Shown: one piece after another, positions 49,600 to 61,360 of the stretch
Layout of the letters: each line of letters starts with the position of its first letter
How positions within the stretch are numbered: position 1 is the stretch's first letter
NCBI GenBank assembly: GCA_964187785.1
Contig: OZ076419.1
Coordinates: forward strand, 22,816,001 to 22,880,000
DNA length: 64,000 nucleotides
Direction of reading: 5' to 3'
DNA from: Amphiscolops sp. MND2022
Taxonomy: Eukaryota
Notes under the pieces: generated by a model
Databases searched by the model: none
What the model was told of the DNA's origin: nothing
What the model saw: the letters and a program-made list of their open reading frames with translations, nothing else
Translations under genes and position numbers: made by a program

Positions 49600-49805
49600 A
49601 TAGGATATACCCATGTTGAGACTCCATGCATGGTCATGCCACTTTTTAGCATGTATTACCTTAACCATTGTTGCACCATGCATGAACATGCATTGTATTT
49701 GTTTTGAAAAAGCATGGAGTTGACCATGGCTGACGATGGTTCACATGCATGAATGTATGCATGGGATTGCATGAGATCTCAGCTCATGTATCCTGTACAT
49801 GCACA
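49600..49805. repeat. CATG/ATGCAT-rich low-complexity tract
   Basis: More than a dozen catg palindromes in about 200 bp. Confidence 0.6.
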
Positions 49806-49807
49806 CT

Positions 49808-50086
49808 CTAACCCTCAATAACGGCCGCCATTTTCTCCATCAAGAGTATCATTTTGTTTTTCACGGTCTTGCAACATGTGGAGTTGATGAGCATGAACAT
49901 TTGATTTTGCAGCGCTGCCACGCGGGCAACATCGTCATACTTCTCCAATGACGTGTACAGCTGGTGAAACGTCCCATTGGGCTTCTCGATTTCCTTGAAG
50001 ACACTCCCAGGCTTTTCGCCGAGTCGATTCAACTCTCGGATGATGCTTTTCAGCTCTTCCAGAATTTCGTTCACCTTTTCACAGGA
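49808..50086 (-). CDS. Candidate terminal exon, all-helical protein segment of unknown function
   Basis: Acceptor aacaaccag; GC-rich open frame SCEKVNEILEELKSIIRELNRLGEK...MEKMAAVIEG* with amphipathic periodicity. Confidence 0.55.
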   Translation of the reverse strand, partial: SCEKVNEILEELKSIIRELNRLGEKPGSVFKEIEKPNGTFHQLYTSLEKYDDVARVAALQNQMFMLINSTCCKTVKNKMILLMEKMAAVIEG

Positions 50087-51265
50087 CTGGTTGTTTTATA
50101 CGTATGATATTCGAAAGTTGTGCCAATAGTTCAATAGTTCCACAAAGAAAGCCAGTGCCAAGTTTCTTCTGCTTACTTAATCAGCAAACAAGATGAGAAC
50201 GTTTTTAATTGGCATTCCGTTTACGGCTCTAAAAGCTCGAGTTTCATTAAAGTGTTGAGGAAGGATTTTATTAAAATTCTCATAGAATTCAGAGTGCCAA
50301 AAAGCTGGAAATGCACCTTTTGGGCTTGAAAACCCCTTTTCGTTAACTGAACACATCAAAAACGCAAATTGGTGGAAAATCTTTTTTGGAAAACAAACTT
50401 CCCTCGAAAAAGTCGCGCATCGCCGAAACCCTAAAGGTAACCCTAAAAACTATAAAATACTCAAAGGAGTACCCTTCCGCCTCTCTGGGAACTTTTAGAG
50501 CTTCGTTGTAAAAAATCTGTAGAAAGTAGACAATTCAGTGTGAGTCTGTGAAAAAGAAAACAAATTGCAACTGTAAGAGTCGGGCAATTTTTGTTTCAAA
50601 GAGCTCCGATTAACAAACAGACTGCTTTGGTTCAGAACAGTAGCAACTACAAATAAAACCGCATCTGAAACCTGCAAAAGTTCACTGCTTCGAATAATCG
50701 CCAACATTCTGATGAGCTTTCAAAGCAGTTTGAAAAAGTCAAACACAAAAAAAAATTTACATGCAATTTTCTGTAAGAGTTGTTGCTAATCATGATAATA
50801 GTTGCTTGCGAGATGTAAAACGTACAGGCAATTTCATTGAGGGTAAGAACAATTTGAAGTTTTGAGACAGTGAAGCTGCATACTGTTTCTACACAGGTTC
50901 CTGGATTTTTGCAATTTTAGCAAGCAAAAAAATTTCAGGGGGTTGTAATCAACCAATAATTTACATGGGACAAAATCAGTTAGTCAAAATTAGTTTACGT
51001 CGAAATTGCAATTGTTTGAAATTATGTGCATTTGAAATACGAATGAGTCTCATTGAAAAAAATTATCCTGCAATAAACAAGCTCAGCTTGATTTCAGACA
51101 CAATTCAGTTTTTCTGCGAGTCTTTGTCTATAACCTTTTTCCAAAAAATGAACTTAAATTCACAATTGATTTTTGAAGTTAGCGAGGGTATCGCATAAAA
51201 GTTGCTGTTGTGCATTCTTAACCGAGAGTCCTGATTGCTATCTTAAATAGTCTGTCATGTACTTT

Positions 51266-51832
51266 TTAGTATTTAAAGTACTCCGGTCCTGCCTTTTCGG
51301 GTTCCCATCCATCGAAGCGAGTGAGACAGTCTACAGATGTAGTTGTAGATATAGGAGAAGAAATTGTGGGTCTGTAACAGGAATAGTTTTGCAGAGTGTT
51401 GCACCTTTTCCATCTCTCCTGGCCCGGACACGGGGCATCGATGAAAATGACGTCATCAAGTTCCTCCGCGCTTTCAGATGTCTGGGTCGGTTGCTCCTGA
51501 TTTATGTTGCTTGGCTTTAAGTTTTGTCCTGGCTTCTGCTGGAGTTCCAGAGGTTGGAAACTCCTCTGGATCTTGAGACCCAAAAGAGACCCAATGCGGC
51601 TTTTGCCGAGATCAATCAATCCGGATGGTTCTTCGTTGCCTGCTTTTTCAGGTTTGTCTGCCTCAGAAAATCCAATCAAAGGTTGATCCTGTTGTTTTGG
51701 GGTTCGCTGTGGTCCATTTTGGTCTTTCTCAGATGTAAAGAAACCCCCATAATTACTAAACTGCTCGGGGGTCAAGACTAAAATATCATGGTAAGGATCA
51801 TCGTCCTTCCACGAACCATCATTTTCATCCAT
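51266..51832 (-). CDS. 188-aa low-complexity/disordered ORF, probably a first coding exon or single-exon gene
   Basis: ATG in good context (atcATGG) after an in-frame upstream stop; GC-richer than flanks; no recognisable domain; donor not resolved. Confidence 0.5.
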   Translation of the reverse strand: MDENDGSWKDDDPYHDILVLTPEQFSNYGGFFTSEKDQNGPQRTPKQQDQPLIGFSEADKPEKAGNEEPSGLIDLGKSRIGSLLGLKIQRSFQPLELQQKPGQNLKPSNINQEQPTQTSESAEELDDVIFIDAPCPGQERWKRCNTLQNYSCYRPTISSPISTTTSVDCLTRFDGWEPEKAGPEYFKY

Positions 51833-52835
51833 GATGCTGCATTAACCCACAATAAAAAGCGCCAATAACATGTTCAGGAAAACAAATAGATTCAATAATA
51901 TGGAGGTGACTCATACAAAATACTTTACTATGATAATCAAAACCAAATTTAATAAAAATAAAGCGATAAGTATCATCGAATTTCTGGTGCCGCTAGCTTT
52001 TATCAAACTCGATAACTTGAATATAACTTCCAAGAAATTTTTCTATGGCAATTTGTGAACCAATTTGAAAAACTAAAACGGTTGCTAAAAGGTTGCCACT
52101 TTTAAGTTGCAAGCATTAAACGCGTGATACAAACAGTCGGCGAACTACAGTTATTGTGACGTGACCAAACCATGAGAGGACGTTTTCAAAATTTGCTAAA
52201 CTGCGTGAACAAATTTTCTAGACATGGTCGAAAAAATTGATACTCGGATTCAAATTCAAAGCTTTGTCGGATGCTTTTTAACGGATGGTCGAATCTTGTT
52301 GTTCATGATAAAAATCATAACCAAGTTATTAAATTCATTACCAGTCAAGAGGATATTGAACTGCGTTAGATACCAAACAAGGAATATGTTTTAAAAACTT
52401 GTTGCTTACAACACATGGAATATTATTAACTTAAAAAACTTTCCAAAAAAATCCATATTTGGCAAAAAGGCGTTTTTGAAGTGTACGTTTAGTTTGGAAA
52501 TCAAAGTTGATGTATAATTTTGTCAAGAGTATAAAAAATTCAAGCTAAATTTCAACCAAAATTGTTTCCAAGGAAGCAGTGATCGTATAGTTATAGTTGT
52601 ACCAAATAAAAAATGTATAAAATAATTTTAGCGTGAGACATAGTTTCTTGAATTAGTTATAACTATAGGCATCCCAGAATTTTCTTGTTTTCGTCATATG
52701 CTGAGTCAATTATATCGATTCCAAGTTTCGTTGTCATCCATCAAAAATTATGCCATGTTAAAAAAGTATCCACAGGAAGTGCGATAGTAATTCAACATCC
52801 GTTTATTCCGAGAGGAAGTTTTAACAACTCCGCTA

Positions 52836-53555
52836 TATTCCTGGGTGTCCTGCCAGGAGCCCTGGTTGTTGGCGAGGTTCTGCTAATCGGTGGTGGTCGG
52901 AAGAGAATTTTAAAAGGAAATAATTTATTCTGCAATATTGATCACTGTACAGAGTGATACAAAGCAATCACAAGAGGTTTTGCTGACAATGTTAAGTTAT
53001 GAACGACAACAAAGTGAAACGACTGACTTTTGAGGCATTTTGATATGTTATGAAATGGAAATTGACTATCTTTTTATATGAGAACAACGTCTTTACTTGA
53101 GCCTCCTTTTCGCGCTTATGCCCTAGACAGGAGGACTTCCTCCTGTTCGAAAGTACCAGTCAGCCAAACCTAATATGTTCCGAACTTTCCTGGTTTTCAG
53201 GGAAAACTTTCCCTCTTTTTAGTGTACTCAGACAGTAAACTTTTGTGACATCAACATTCAGACATAGACTTTTTAGAAGTTGAAATGAAAGGTTCAAACC
53301 GAACTGTCAAAGTTTGAAGGTCAATGACATTCGCAAAAAGGACAAGTTAGAGCATTCAGTTCATTGTTCTTAGCTGACGCCATTGCGCTCACTTGCCAAG
53401 CCTTTGTTGTTTCAAACGTGTTAGCAACATCTTTCGATTGATGTTACGTAATCGAAACAGCTTTACAACGATGGCAGAACAACGTTACAACAACGGCAGA
53501 CTTATGTTTCAACGACAAACAGTGTTAGTCAAATTAGAATAACTTATTCCGAACA
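52836..53555 (-). repeat. 3' LTR of intact BEL/Pao (720 bp)
   Basis: Matches 61361-62080; minus-strand ends TGTTC...GAATA. Confidence 0.95.
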
Positions 53556-56500
53556 TCCCGGGGCCCGTTCTTGGTCACAAGAACCAAACAATGGCAAAGG
53601 GACAAGTTTGACTAAAGGACGAACAAAAGAACCTTTCGAAGTTTTCACAAGGGCGGATCGAGTTACGCCGTCATCACCAATGTTTAGTTTAGTAACTCGC
53701 GCAAGAGGGTAATGACCTTTGGGACTACCGTTATCTACGATCCAAACAAGGGAGCCAACACAAATGTTACAATTGGAGTCTGAAAACCACTTATGGCGTT
53801 TCTGCAACTGTGGAACATATTCATGCATCCATCGTTTCCAAATCCAACTCAAATGCGACTGGGACTGCCGGAAAACACGACGATGATTGAAATCATCTGG
53901 TTTGACCACACCTACAGGTAAAGAAACCGAAGCACGTCCTAACAGGAAGTGGTTTGGTGTTAGAGCCTCAAAATCATTAGGGTCACTACTAGCACAAGTA
54001 AGAGGACGAGCGTTCAAAACTTGCTCAACAAGACACATGGTTGTGCTCAAGGTTTCTTCGGTCATTCGACGGGACGAGAGAATGGCAAACATCGCTTTCT
54101 TGCAAGAGCGCACAAGTCGCTCCCATGCACCTCCAAAGTGAGGAGAGGAGGGGGGATTAAATTTCCATTGACAAGATCGCTCAGTCAAATAAGATTCGAT
54201 TAAGTCAGTTTCCGAAAGCGTTTTGACGAATGACTTGATCTCATTAGAAGCCCCAACAAAATTTGTACCATTATCAGAATAGAAGGTGGCTGGCAATCCG
54301 CGGCGCGCCACAAAACGTTGAATCGCAAGGAGACAAGAGTCAGTAGAAAGACTATGGCAAACTTCAATATGGACGGCTCTTACAGTTAAGCATGTAAACA
54401 GGCAACACCAACGCTTGTGAGAAGATCTAGCAATTTTTACTTCGAAAGGCCCGAAAAAATCAATTCCAGTAAAAGCGAAGGGAGCATTGCCGAATCCAAG
54501 TCTTTCTAAAGGTAAATCAGCCATCATTGGAGCGGATATCATTGGAGCACGTTTTGTACAAAAGATACATTTCAAACGAATTCGACGGAGTTCGCTACGA
54601 AGACCTAGAATCCAAAACAACTGTTGTACAATAGAGCGAAGATATTCCACGCCTTCGTGAGCATTTGAGATATGTACATCATTGAGAAACATCTTTACAA
54701 CCAAATGCTTACTGGACAGAATGACAGGGTGTTTTTGCTCGAAAGAAAGACATGACGCTTTTCGCAAGCGACCACGAGCCCGTATCAAACCATTATTCAT
54801 AAATGGGACAAGAGGTGCCAGTTGAGAATTACTAGGAACAACGTTATCTGAGTAGAGAGACAAAACTTCCTTAGGGAAAGACTCTAGCTGAACTTGGGAC
54901 CAAATACACACTTCAGCTTTAGCGAGTTCATCCACTGTGAGAACAGGGTTTGAAGACTTTTCACTTCTGTGCAGTACAGGGCGAACTTTGAGAACGAAAG
55001 CAACGATTCGTTTTAGTTTGCGAAATGAAGAGACTTTTCGGAACAATTCGCCAAGAACAAGTTTGGGCAAAAACATTTCGGAACACACTGAAGAATTGGA
55101 GACACTATCAACAAACTGAGGCTTTTCAGGCCACTTTGACTTATCAAGCTTAAGAAAGGAAGGACCCCGTAACCAGTCAGTGTTTTCAAGTTCAGACATT
55201 TTGATACCTCTGGTACCAATATCAGCAGGATTAATCTGACCAGGAACGAAATTCCATTGTTCAACATTACTACCGTCAATGATTTCTGCCACACGATTAG
55301 CAACGAAAACAGGAAGACGTTTGTCAGACGACGAAATCCATTGAAGAGCGGTGGAGCTGTCGCTCCAGAAGAAACAGTTTTGGACACTGAAAGGAAGAAA
55401 GGACTGTATAGACATTGACAATCGCAGGCCAATCACTGCGGCTTGAAGTTCAAGTTTGGGAATTGTACTTGCTCGTATAGGAGCAACCCTACACTTGGCA
55501 ACGAGAAACGAAACAATTACATTTTCACACTGAACTGAACGAAGATACGCAACAGCGCACATTGCTGATTGGGAGGCGTCTACAAAGACATGAAGTTCAT
55601 GAGAACAGTCTACAAAGCTTTCATTCAAAATTGAACGCTGTATTTTGAACGTTGAGACAAGAGGCAACTCGGAATTCCAATTCTCGAACAAGCTTTTAAT
55701 TTTATCAGGTACAGGCTTGTCCCAAGCTTGTCCGACCAACTGCCAAAGTTCTTTCAAAATCAAACGACCTCGGACAGTGAAAGGCGACACAAACCCTAAA
55801 GGGTCGAACACAGACGAAACAACAGAAAGAATTTTGCGCTGGGTTATGTTTCCGGGCAAAGGATTCGAGACGCCGCGGCAAACATACAAATTATCGTTTT
55901 TCAAATCCCATTGAATACCCAGGATTGTAGTGACTTCCATTTCACTGAAGGGTTCAGCAAAAGTCACGTCTTTTTCCAATGACTTGTAGACTTCCAAACT
56001 GTTAGTGACGAACTTAGTCAAATTGAAGCCACCCTTAGTCAACATATTCACCAATTGACTAGCTAGAACAACTGCGTCACTTTCACATGGAACCGATTGC
56101 AGAAAATCGTCAACATAAAAGGAAGTGAAAACCGCTTTCGAAGCAACTGGGAAGCTTTTTACATTATCACGAGCTGTCTGTTGAACAACAAAATTTGCAC
56201 AAGTTGGAGATGACTTTGCTCCAAAAATGTGTCTGGTGTATTGAAATGTTTCAATTTCAGACGACGGACCCTCCCGCCACAAAAACCTGAGGAAGCGTTG
56301 TTCATGTTCTGGGACCTCAACTTGCATGAACATTGCCTCAATGTCAGCAGAAAGACCAATTTTGAACAACCGAAAACGAATTAGGATTCCTATCAAGTCG
56401 GAAAGCAGATCCGGACCAGGAACAAGGGCTTCATTCAAAGAATTTCCAGCGAAACGTGCTGCAGCATTGCACACACGACGGATTTTACTAGGTTTGTTGG

Positions 56501-59500
56501 GATTCACAACAGGGTGATGCGGCAAATACCATTGAGGCAAGCTTTGAGTTGTCTTTACTTCAGTGAACGGAACCTTACGCACATAGCCATTTGCAATGTC
56601 ATCCTCAATAGATTTGACATAACCAACTTGCAATTCAGAGTTCTTGCAAAGGCGACGTTCAAGAGATAAAAGCTGACTTTTTGCCAAAGAAAAATTGTTA
56701 GCCAACGGTTTTGCATCAGGATCCCACAATAAGCCGACGCAATAGCGTTTTCCAGTAAAGACACAAGTTTTTTCTAAGGTTTCGAGCGCTTTCTTGTCAC
56801 TTTTCGAACGAGGATCAACGCTCACAAATGATGCATATGATTCGAGAGCCCACCACTTGGAAACTTGTGTTGCTAAATCAAGATCAACAGACTCATCAAC
56901 GGAAGCGCCCGAAGATGCGAAACAAACGCTAGATTTCAGAGACTTGCAATTTGGAAGTGGTCCACTCAAGACCCAACCGATTGGAAGTTTGACTGCCCAA
57001 GGCAAATGATTATCAGAAGTTTGATATCCAATCGGGCAAATGGCTGAATAAACATCCTGTCCAAGAATGACGCTAATTTTCGAGTAGTCAATTACATCAG
57101 CTTTGATAACTTTCAAATGTGGACAACATGACTTCACATTTTTCAAATCAAGTTTTTCATCTCCAAGTGACAAACCAGCTCTAACTAAAGCGGAAAATTT
57201 CAGAGGGTTGAAAGACTCGTCTTCCAAAGAGAAAAGTTCAAGATTGACACACGATGTGTCACCTTCCAAGGATCCTGTGACCCCACGTACACAAACAGTT
57301 TCGCTAGATCCAACGAGACCTAAACAAGACTTTACATCTTCGGAAACCCACGAATGGGTGCTACCGGTATCGCAAAGAGCCCAAGCTTTGGTGCTCGAAG
57401 AGCCACTCTTCAATCCTATCTCAATAACCTGCAAAGCCCCTTTGCGGGCACGAGATACTGTGCAAGATGTAACACCATTTTCATTCTTGGAACCGGAGAC
57501 CACAGATGTAGAGGTATCATTATGCAACAAACTGTTATGTGATTTCCCACAACCACTTTTTCGACATTTCAACTTGGATGAACAATCTCGTGCCATATGA
57601 CCAGACTGAAGGCAAGTAAAACAAAGTTGTTTTTCGCGAACAAAAGCGGACCTCTGTTTCACTGACTTGGACAAAAACAAAGAACATTTCCAGATTTTGT
57701 GACTCTGGTTACAGGAAGGACATTGATCTTTTCTTACATTGGCCGACTGATTAGTGTTTGAGGTTTTGACAACGTTTGAAGCAAGCACTTGATGCTTGCG
57801 AAGTTTGTCATTTTTCTCCAATTGGGCAAAATTAGACGTATTAGACATCAAAAGTCGTTCATGCACTGCAGCTTTCTGCTGCAACCAATCCCGAAAAGTT
57901 ATCAAGTTGACAACCGAAAGACGCTCAATAAATCCAAACCAAGATTCACGAAGATTAATTGGCAGCTTGGATACAACCAAAGATAAATTGCTAGAAGACT
58001 GCAAATCACTGAAAAAATTCTCAGCTGACAAGACCGAAACAAAGCTATTCACAACTTGTGAAAATTCAATTATTGATGCGGAGTTGTGCATTTTTACTTG
58101 AGGATGTTTGCTAAGTTTTTCGATTTGTGCCCCAACTATGATATGTGGCGCTCCGAATCTTTTCTGAAGTGAAGCAAATGCTTGATCAAAGTGAACGCCC
58201 AAGTACCCAAACCCATCAATAGTTGCCTTCGCTTTTCCAGAAGTGAAAAGTTTCAAATATCTCATGCGATGATCCAATGAAACTGAAGGCTTACAACAAG
58301 TGGACTCAAACATTCCTTTCCACTCAGGCCATTTGAGTGGATCTCCGCTAAAGACATCAAGCTCAAATTTTGGAAGAGACTCATGAGCAATTTGACTCTC
58401 CAAAAAACTTTGCAAAATATTCGGAGCAAAATACGATGAACTAGGAACAGGACAAACAGAAGGTTGCGTAGCAGAATTAGACAAAAAAGAAATTTGCGGA
58501 TTTGGTTGCTGAGCTAGCCTTGCACTGTTATTGTTCACTGTGCAGGATGGAGCAACCTTGCTAGTATTGACATTCGGCTGAACACCGACAGGGGGTTGAG
58601 AATTCAAAAGCGAGAAGTTCGAAAAGCTCATTCCACTTATCGGGTGAAGAACGTTTCCAGTAGAAGCAATCGGGGCCCTCGAAGGACCATAAGAAGGCAA
58701 AGCTGCTTTGCTATGTGAAACAGCTGCTGTAGGCAAAGACCCTAATTGACTCGAAGGCAGCACGTAAGTATTTTGAAGACTATTATCAATGTTTGAAGGC
58801 AAAGTACTCGCAAGAGACGACTGAGGTACAATCAAACCAATTGTTTCGTTATTGGAGGAAACTACTTTGTTACCGATAGTCAAAGACCCGAACGTGCTAC
58901 CAACCACACCAGTAGAACTGCTCGTAGCCTTCGAAGGAGCGTTAACATCAACAAAAGGCAAGCTAGTTCCAACTGAAATATTTACGAAGGAAGACTGAGA
59001 AGTGACAACATCAACAACTTGCGGCGGTTTCTCGTTCAATTGAGACGTTTGGTGAAGTAATTTTTCAACAAGATTTGACTTGGGTTGCAAATGGCTAGGC
59101 CCAGAGTCGACTGTAGTACTAGGTGGCAAGGAATTGACCCACTCTGAAGTCTTAGTTTGAACAATATCCTCAACATTACAATCCGATTCACTAGAATTCG
59201 ATTCTATTTCATCCAATTGACATTCGTCTCGATACTTTTGGAGTTGTTGACGCTTATATTCATCTATCTCCAATTGCTTAACACGAACTTCAGCCTCAAG
59301 GATAGCCTTGCGGGCTTCAGCTTGGCGCTCTAACTCCTCTTCTTGAAGCTTCAACAACATCTTAGAACGTTTGGAGGAAGTTGACGACTTTTTGGAAGAC
59401 CTACCAGATGACTGACTAGTGAGTGCTTTATCAACAAGATATTCACGGGCAGAATCTAAGACAAATCGACAATGATCATTGACTTTGTTAGATGAAGCAG

Positions 59501-59726
59501 ACGCTTCACTAACCACAGCCTCAACATTCGAAGACATCAAAATCTCATTCCTTTCGCTAACTTTCGACTTGAGATCAACACAATCATCAACAAGTCTCGA
59601 AACTTTCGTTCGCCTTGCTTGATTTTTCAGAAGTTCCTCCAATTGCTCAAGGCGCTCGTACAACTGACTAACAATTTTGTCGCGACTAGCAACAGTTTTT
59701 TCCATCACAGAAACTTGCAGAGACAT
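53544..59726 (-). CDS. gag-pol: BEL/Pao Gag-Pol polyprotein, 2060 aa from the first ATG (MSLQVSVMEK)
   Basis: DUF1759-like LPKFELDVFSGDPLKW; three gag Cys motifs (CPSCNQSH, CFTCLQSGH, CRKSGCGKSHNSLLH); ALCDTGS protease; LSADIEAMFMQV and YVDD RT; HVFVDAS Pao RNase H; H-H-C-C and GIDFFGP/SDNGTNF/GGAWERLV integrase; DUF5641-like tail; the stop lies 12 nt inside the LTR. Confidence 0.97.
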   Translation of the reverse strand: MSLQVSVMEKTVASRDKIVSQLYERLEQLEELLKNQARRTKVSRLVDDCVDLKSKVSERNEILMSSNVEAVVSEASASSNKVNDHCRFVLDSAREYLVDKALTSQSSGRSSKKSSTSSKRSKMLLKLQEEELERQAEARKAILEAEVRVKQLEIDEYKRQQLQKYRDECQLDEIESNSSESDCNVEDIVQTKTSEWVNSLPPSTTVDSGPSHLQPKSNLVEKLLHQTSQLNEKPPQVVDVVTSQSSFVNISVGTSLPFVDVNAPSKATSSSTGVVGSTFGSLTIGNKVVSSNNETIGLIVPQSSLASTLPSNIDNSLQNTYVLPSSQLGSLPTAAVSHSKAALPSYGPSRAPIASTGNVLHPISGMSFSNFSLLNSQPPVGVQPNVNTSKVAPSCTVNNNSARLAQQPNPQISFLSNSATQPSVCPVPSSSYFAPNILQSFLESQIAHESLPKFELDVFSGDPLKWPEWKGMFESTCCKPSVSLDHRMRYLKLFTSGKAKATIDGFGYLGVHFDQAFASLQKRFGAPHIIVGAQIEKLSKHPQVKMHNSASIIEFSQVVNSFVSVLSAENFFSDLQSSSNLSLVVSKLPINLRESWFGFIERLSVVNLITFRDWLQQKAAVHERLLMSNTSNFAQLEKNDKLRKHQVLASNVVKTSNTNQSANVRKDQCPSCNQSHKIWKCSLFLSKSVKQRSAFVREKQLCFTCLQSGHMARDCSSKLKCRKSGCGKSHNSLLHNDTSTSVVSGSKNENGVTSCTVSRARKGALQVIEIGLKSGSSSTKAWALCDTGSTHSWVSEDVKSCLGLVGSSETVCVRGVTGSLEGDTSCVNLELFSLEDESFNPLKFSALVRAGLSLGDEKLDLKNVKSCCPHLKVIKADVIDYSKISVILGQDVYSAICPIGYQTSDNHLPWAVKLPIGWVLSGPLPNCKSLKSSVCFASSGASVDESVDLDLATQVSKWWALESYASFVSVDPRSKSDKKALETLEKTCVFTGKRYCVGLLWDPDAKPLANNFSLAKSQLLSLERRLCKNSELQVGYVKSIEDDIANGYVRKVPFTEVKTTQSLPQWYLPHHPVVNPNKPSKIRRVCNAAARFAGNSLNEALVPGPDLLSDLIGILIRFRLFKIGLSADIEAMFMQVEVPEHEQRFLRFLWREGPSSEIETFQYTRHIFGAKSSPTCANFVVQQTARDNVKSFPVASKAVFTSFYVDDFLQSVPCESDAVVLASQLVNMLTKGGFNLTKFVTNSLEVYKSLEKDVTFAEPFSEMEVTTILGIQWDLKNDNLYVCRGVSNPLPGNITQRKILSVVSSVFDPLGFVSPFTVRGRLILKELWQLVGQAWDKPVPDKIKSLFENWNSELPLVSTFKIQRSILNESFVDCSHELHVFVDASQSAMCAVAYLRSVQCENVIVSFLVAKCRVAPIRASTIPKLELQAAVIGLRLSMSIQSFLPFSVQNCFFWSDSSTALQWISSSDKRLPVFVANRVAEIIDGSNVEQWNFVPGQINPADIGTRGIKMSELENTDWLRGPSFLKLDKSKWPEKPQFVDSVSNSSVCSEMFLPKLVLGELFRKVSSFRKLKRIVAFVLKVRPVLHRSEKSSNPVLTVDELAKAEVCIWSQVQLESFPKEVLSLYSDNVVPSNSQLAPLVPFMNNGLIRARGRLRKASCLSFEQKHPVILSSKHLVVKMFLNDVHISNAHEGVEYLRSIVQQLFWILGLRSELRRIRLKCIFCTKRAPMISAPMMADLPLERLGFGNAPFAFTGIDFFGPFEVKIARSSHKRWCCLFTCLTVRAVHIEVCHSLSTDSCLLAIQRFVARRGLPATFYSDNGTNFVGASNEIKSFVKTLSETDLIESYLTERSCQWKFNPPSSPHFGGAWERLVRSCKKAMFAILSSRRMTEETLSTTMCLVEQVLNARPLTCASSDPNDFEALTPNHFLLGRASVSLPVGVVKPDDFNHRRVFRQSQSHLSWIWKRWMHEYVPQLQKRHKWFSDSNCNICVGSLVWIVDNGSPKGHYPLARVTKLNIGDDGVTRSALVKTSKGSFVRPLVKLVPLPLFGSCDQERAPGCSE
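53556..53572 (-). promoter_or_regulatory. Polypurine tract of intact BEL
   Basis: aagaacgggccccggga directly before the 3' LTR on the minus strand. Confidence 0.8.
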
Positions 59727-61338
59727 AAGATTGAAGCGTCCTAATGAACAAACAAAACCAAAGAAACACAAAAAGTCCTTACAATGAGAAGCCGAATGAA
59801 GAACAAAAGAAGAAAGAAAGACAATCGCTTACAGACAAACTTGCAAAGACATGCGATACTCAATTACTCAATTGTCCTAATGAACGAACAAAACCAAAGA
59901 AACAGGCAAAGTTACGATGAGAAATCGAATGAAGAACAAAAGACCAAAGAATCCTCTACAGAACCAAATTTTGAGTTAGAAAGTCAGCTTCAATTAAATG
60001 CTTCGTTGTGCTTTTGGATCAAGAGTCAGAAGATGCACGTGAAGCGTTCAAGTAAAAGGAGTGAAAGATCGAACAAACGTATAAAGTAAATGCATACAAA
60101 AGAACGACACCGACACTGAACGAGGGACCAATTTGCCAAAGGTTTACTGTCTTAGGACTTAAGTTACGTTTTTTTTTGAAAAGAAAAGAACGGAACAAAT
60201 AGTCCCAGCTAACAAGACCAACGAAACAAGACAAAGACAGCTGCTCCTGAAGTTTTCCCTCCCTTGAATGTTTGAATAGTTTTCGGTTAGAACAACCAAA
60301 AAAATTTTGACAGAGACTCAGTCGACAGAGCGGCTTATGCTTCAATCTGCAGTGCAGACCGACGACTTACCCAGGGATCTACCTGAGTCTGACCTTTAGA
60401 TCAGCGGAGTTGACGACTGAGTCTCAGTGTCCTTTGTGTATCGAGTTATCAATTGATCGAAGTCAAACCCAACTTTCAGGAGCAACTAGTCTGTCTAGTT
60501 TACAAGACACGCAAAAGAAAGTCAAAAAAGACAAAAAATCGTCCGTGTTTCGACAAATAATGAGTTTCAAAGTACCTCTTTAGTCAAAAACGGTCTTGCA
60601 ATAAGCATCATAGGGGTCAAGAAAGAGAGAAAGAATGGAGGAGGGTCTATGGGGGGAGAAGCAAAAACAAAGTGTGATAAGTTAAGGCCGATAGGCGGCG
60701 TTATAAATGAAACAAAGCATCAAACGAAACAAAAAACTGCAACACAAAAAACTGCCATAGGGGCAAAACTGCAAAATACAGGCTCAAAAAATCGCAAGCA
60801 AAAATTTTTTGAAGGAAAATTGAGGGAGCTGAAGAACTTTTTATAGGAACCGAACTCAAACTTTGATAGAGTATGGGAAAACAGTCGACAAAATTTAGCA
60901 CACAGCAAAAAAAATTCAAAAATATTAATTTGCACAAGCAGCCGTAGGCGTTGCCTCACTTTCTTGACACAACGGATTTCAATTTTGGCAAAGAAAACGC
61001 TCCAACAAAGTGTTTTGTCGCAAAACAAGTCACACTACACAGTTTCAGTTTCAACTTACAGTTTGTGAACAACCAAACTTCCGAACTCTCGGGAAAACAC
61101 TGCCGACGACAAAGAAGAACCCAGTTCGTCCACTGTCCGCAGGAACCCAAAAACCAAAGGCGATAACTGCTGCAGAGACCTCACTGCATCTGTTGCACAA
61201 ACCAGAAGATTGAAAAGACCACTGCACTGTCGAACATCAAGTTGCCATCCATGTGCCAGACCAAAAACCCCTGAGAGTAGACCAGCATCACATCGACACA
61301 CACTGAGAGCAAAGCAACATCAGCCAAGTTGTGGGTAG

Positions 61339-61356
61339 ATCCGGGTCGGCGGACCA
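61339..61356 (-). promoter_or_regulatory. Primer-binding site, tRNA-Tyr-like
   Basis: tggtccgccgacccggat, 4 nt after the 5' LTR; 3 mismatches to TGGTCCTTCGAGCCGGAT. Confidence 0.65.
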
Positions 61357-61360
61357 AAAA

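Noticed and set aside
51840-52000. Hydrophobic stretches (MILIALFLLNLVLIII..., LNLFVFLNMLLALFIVG) resembling channel or env TM helices
   Set aside because: Interrupted by stops and explained by T-rich UTR-like composition.
53126-53145. Hairpin acaggagg-actt-cctcctgt in both LTRs as a terminator or ncRNA
   Set aside because: An 8-bp stem with no supporting context; its duplication is simply LTR identity.
53887-58101. Many plus-strand ORFs opposite the BEL polyprotein, and similar ones opposite the Gypsy pol genes
   Set aside because: Antisense shadows of a long coding frame.
59727-59771. ORF-track N-terminal extension MCFFGFVCSLGRFNL of the BEL polyprotein
   Set aside because: Begins at a non-ATG codon within a polypyrimidine tract; first ATG is 59726.
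59772-61338. Short ORFs in the 1.6-kb leader of the intact BEL as an env or second accessory gene
   Set aside because: All are about 110 aa or shorter, compositionally biased and motif-free; no SGNH-like blocks found.
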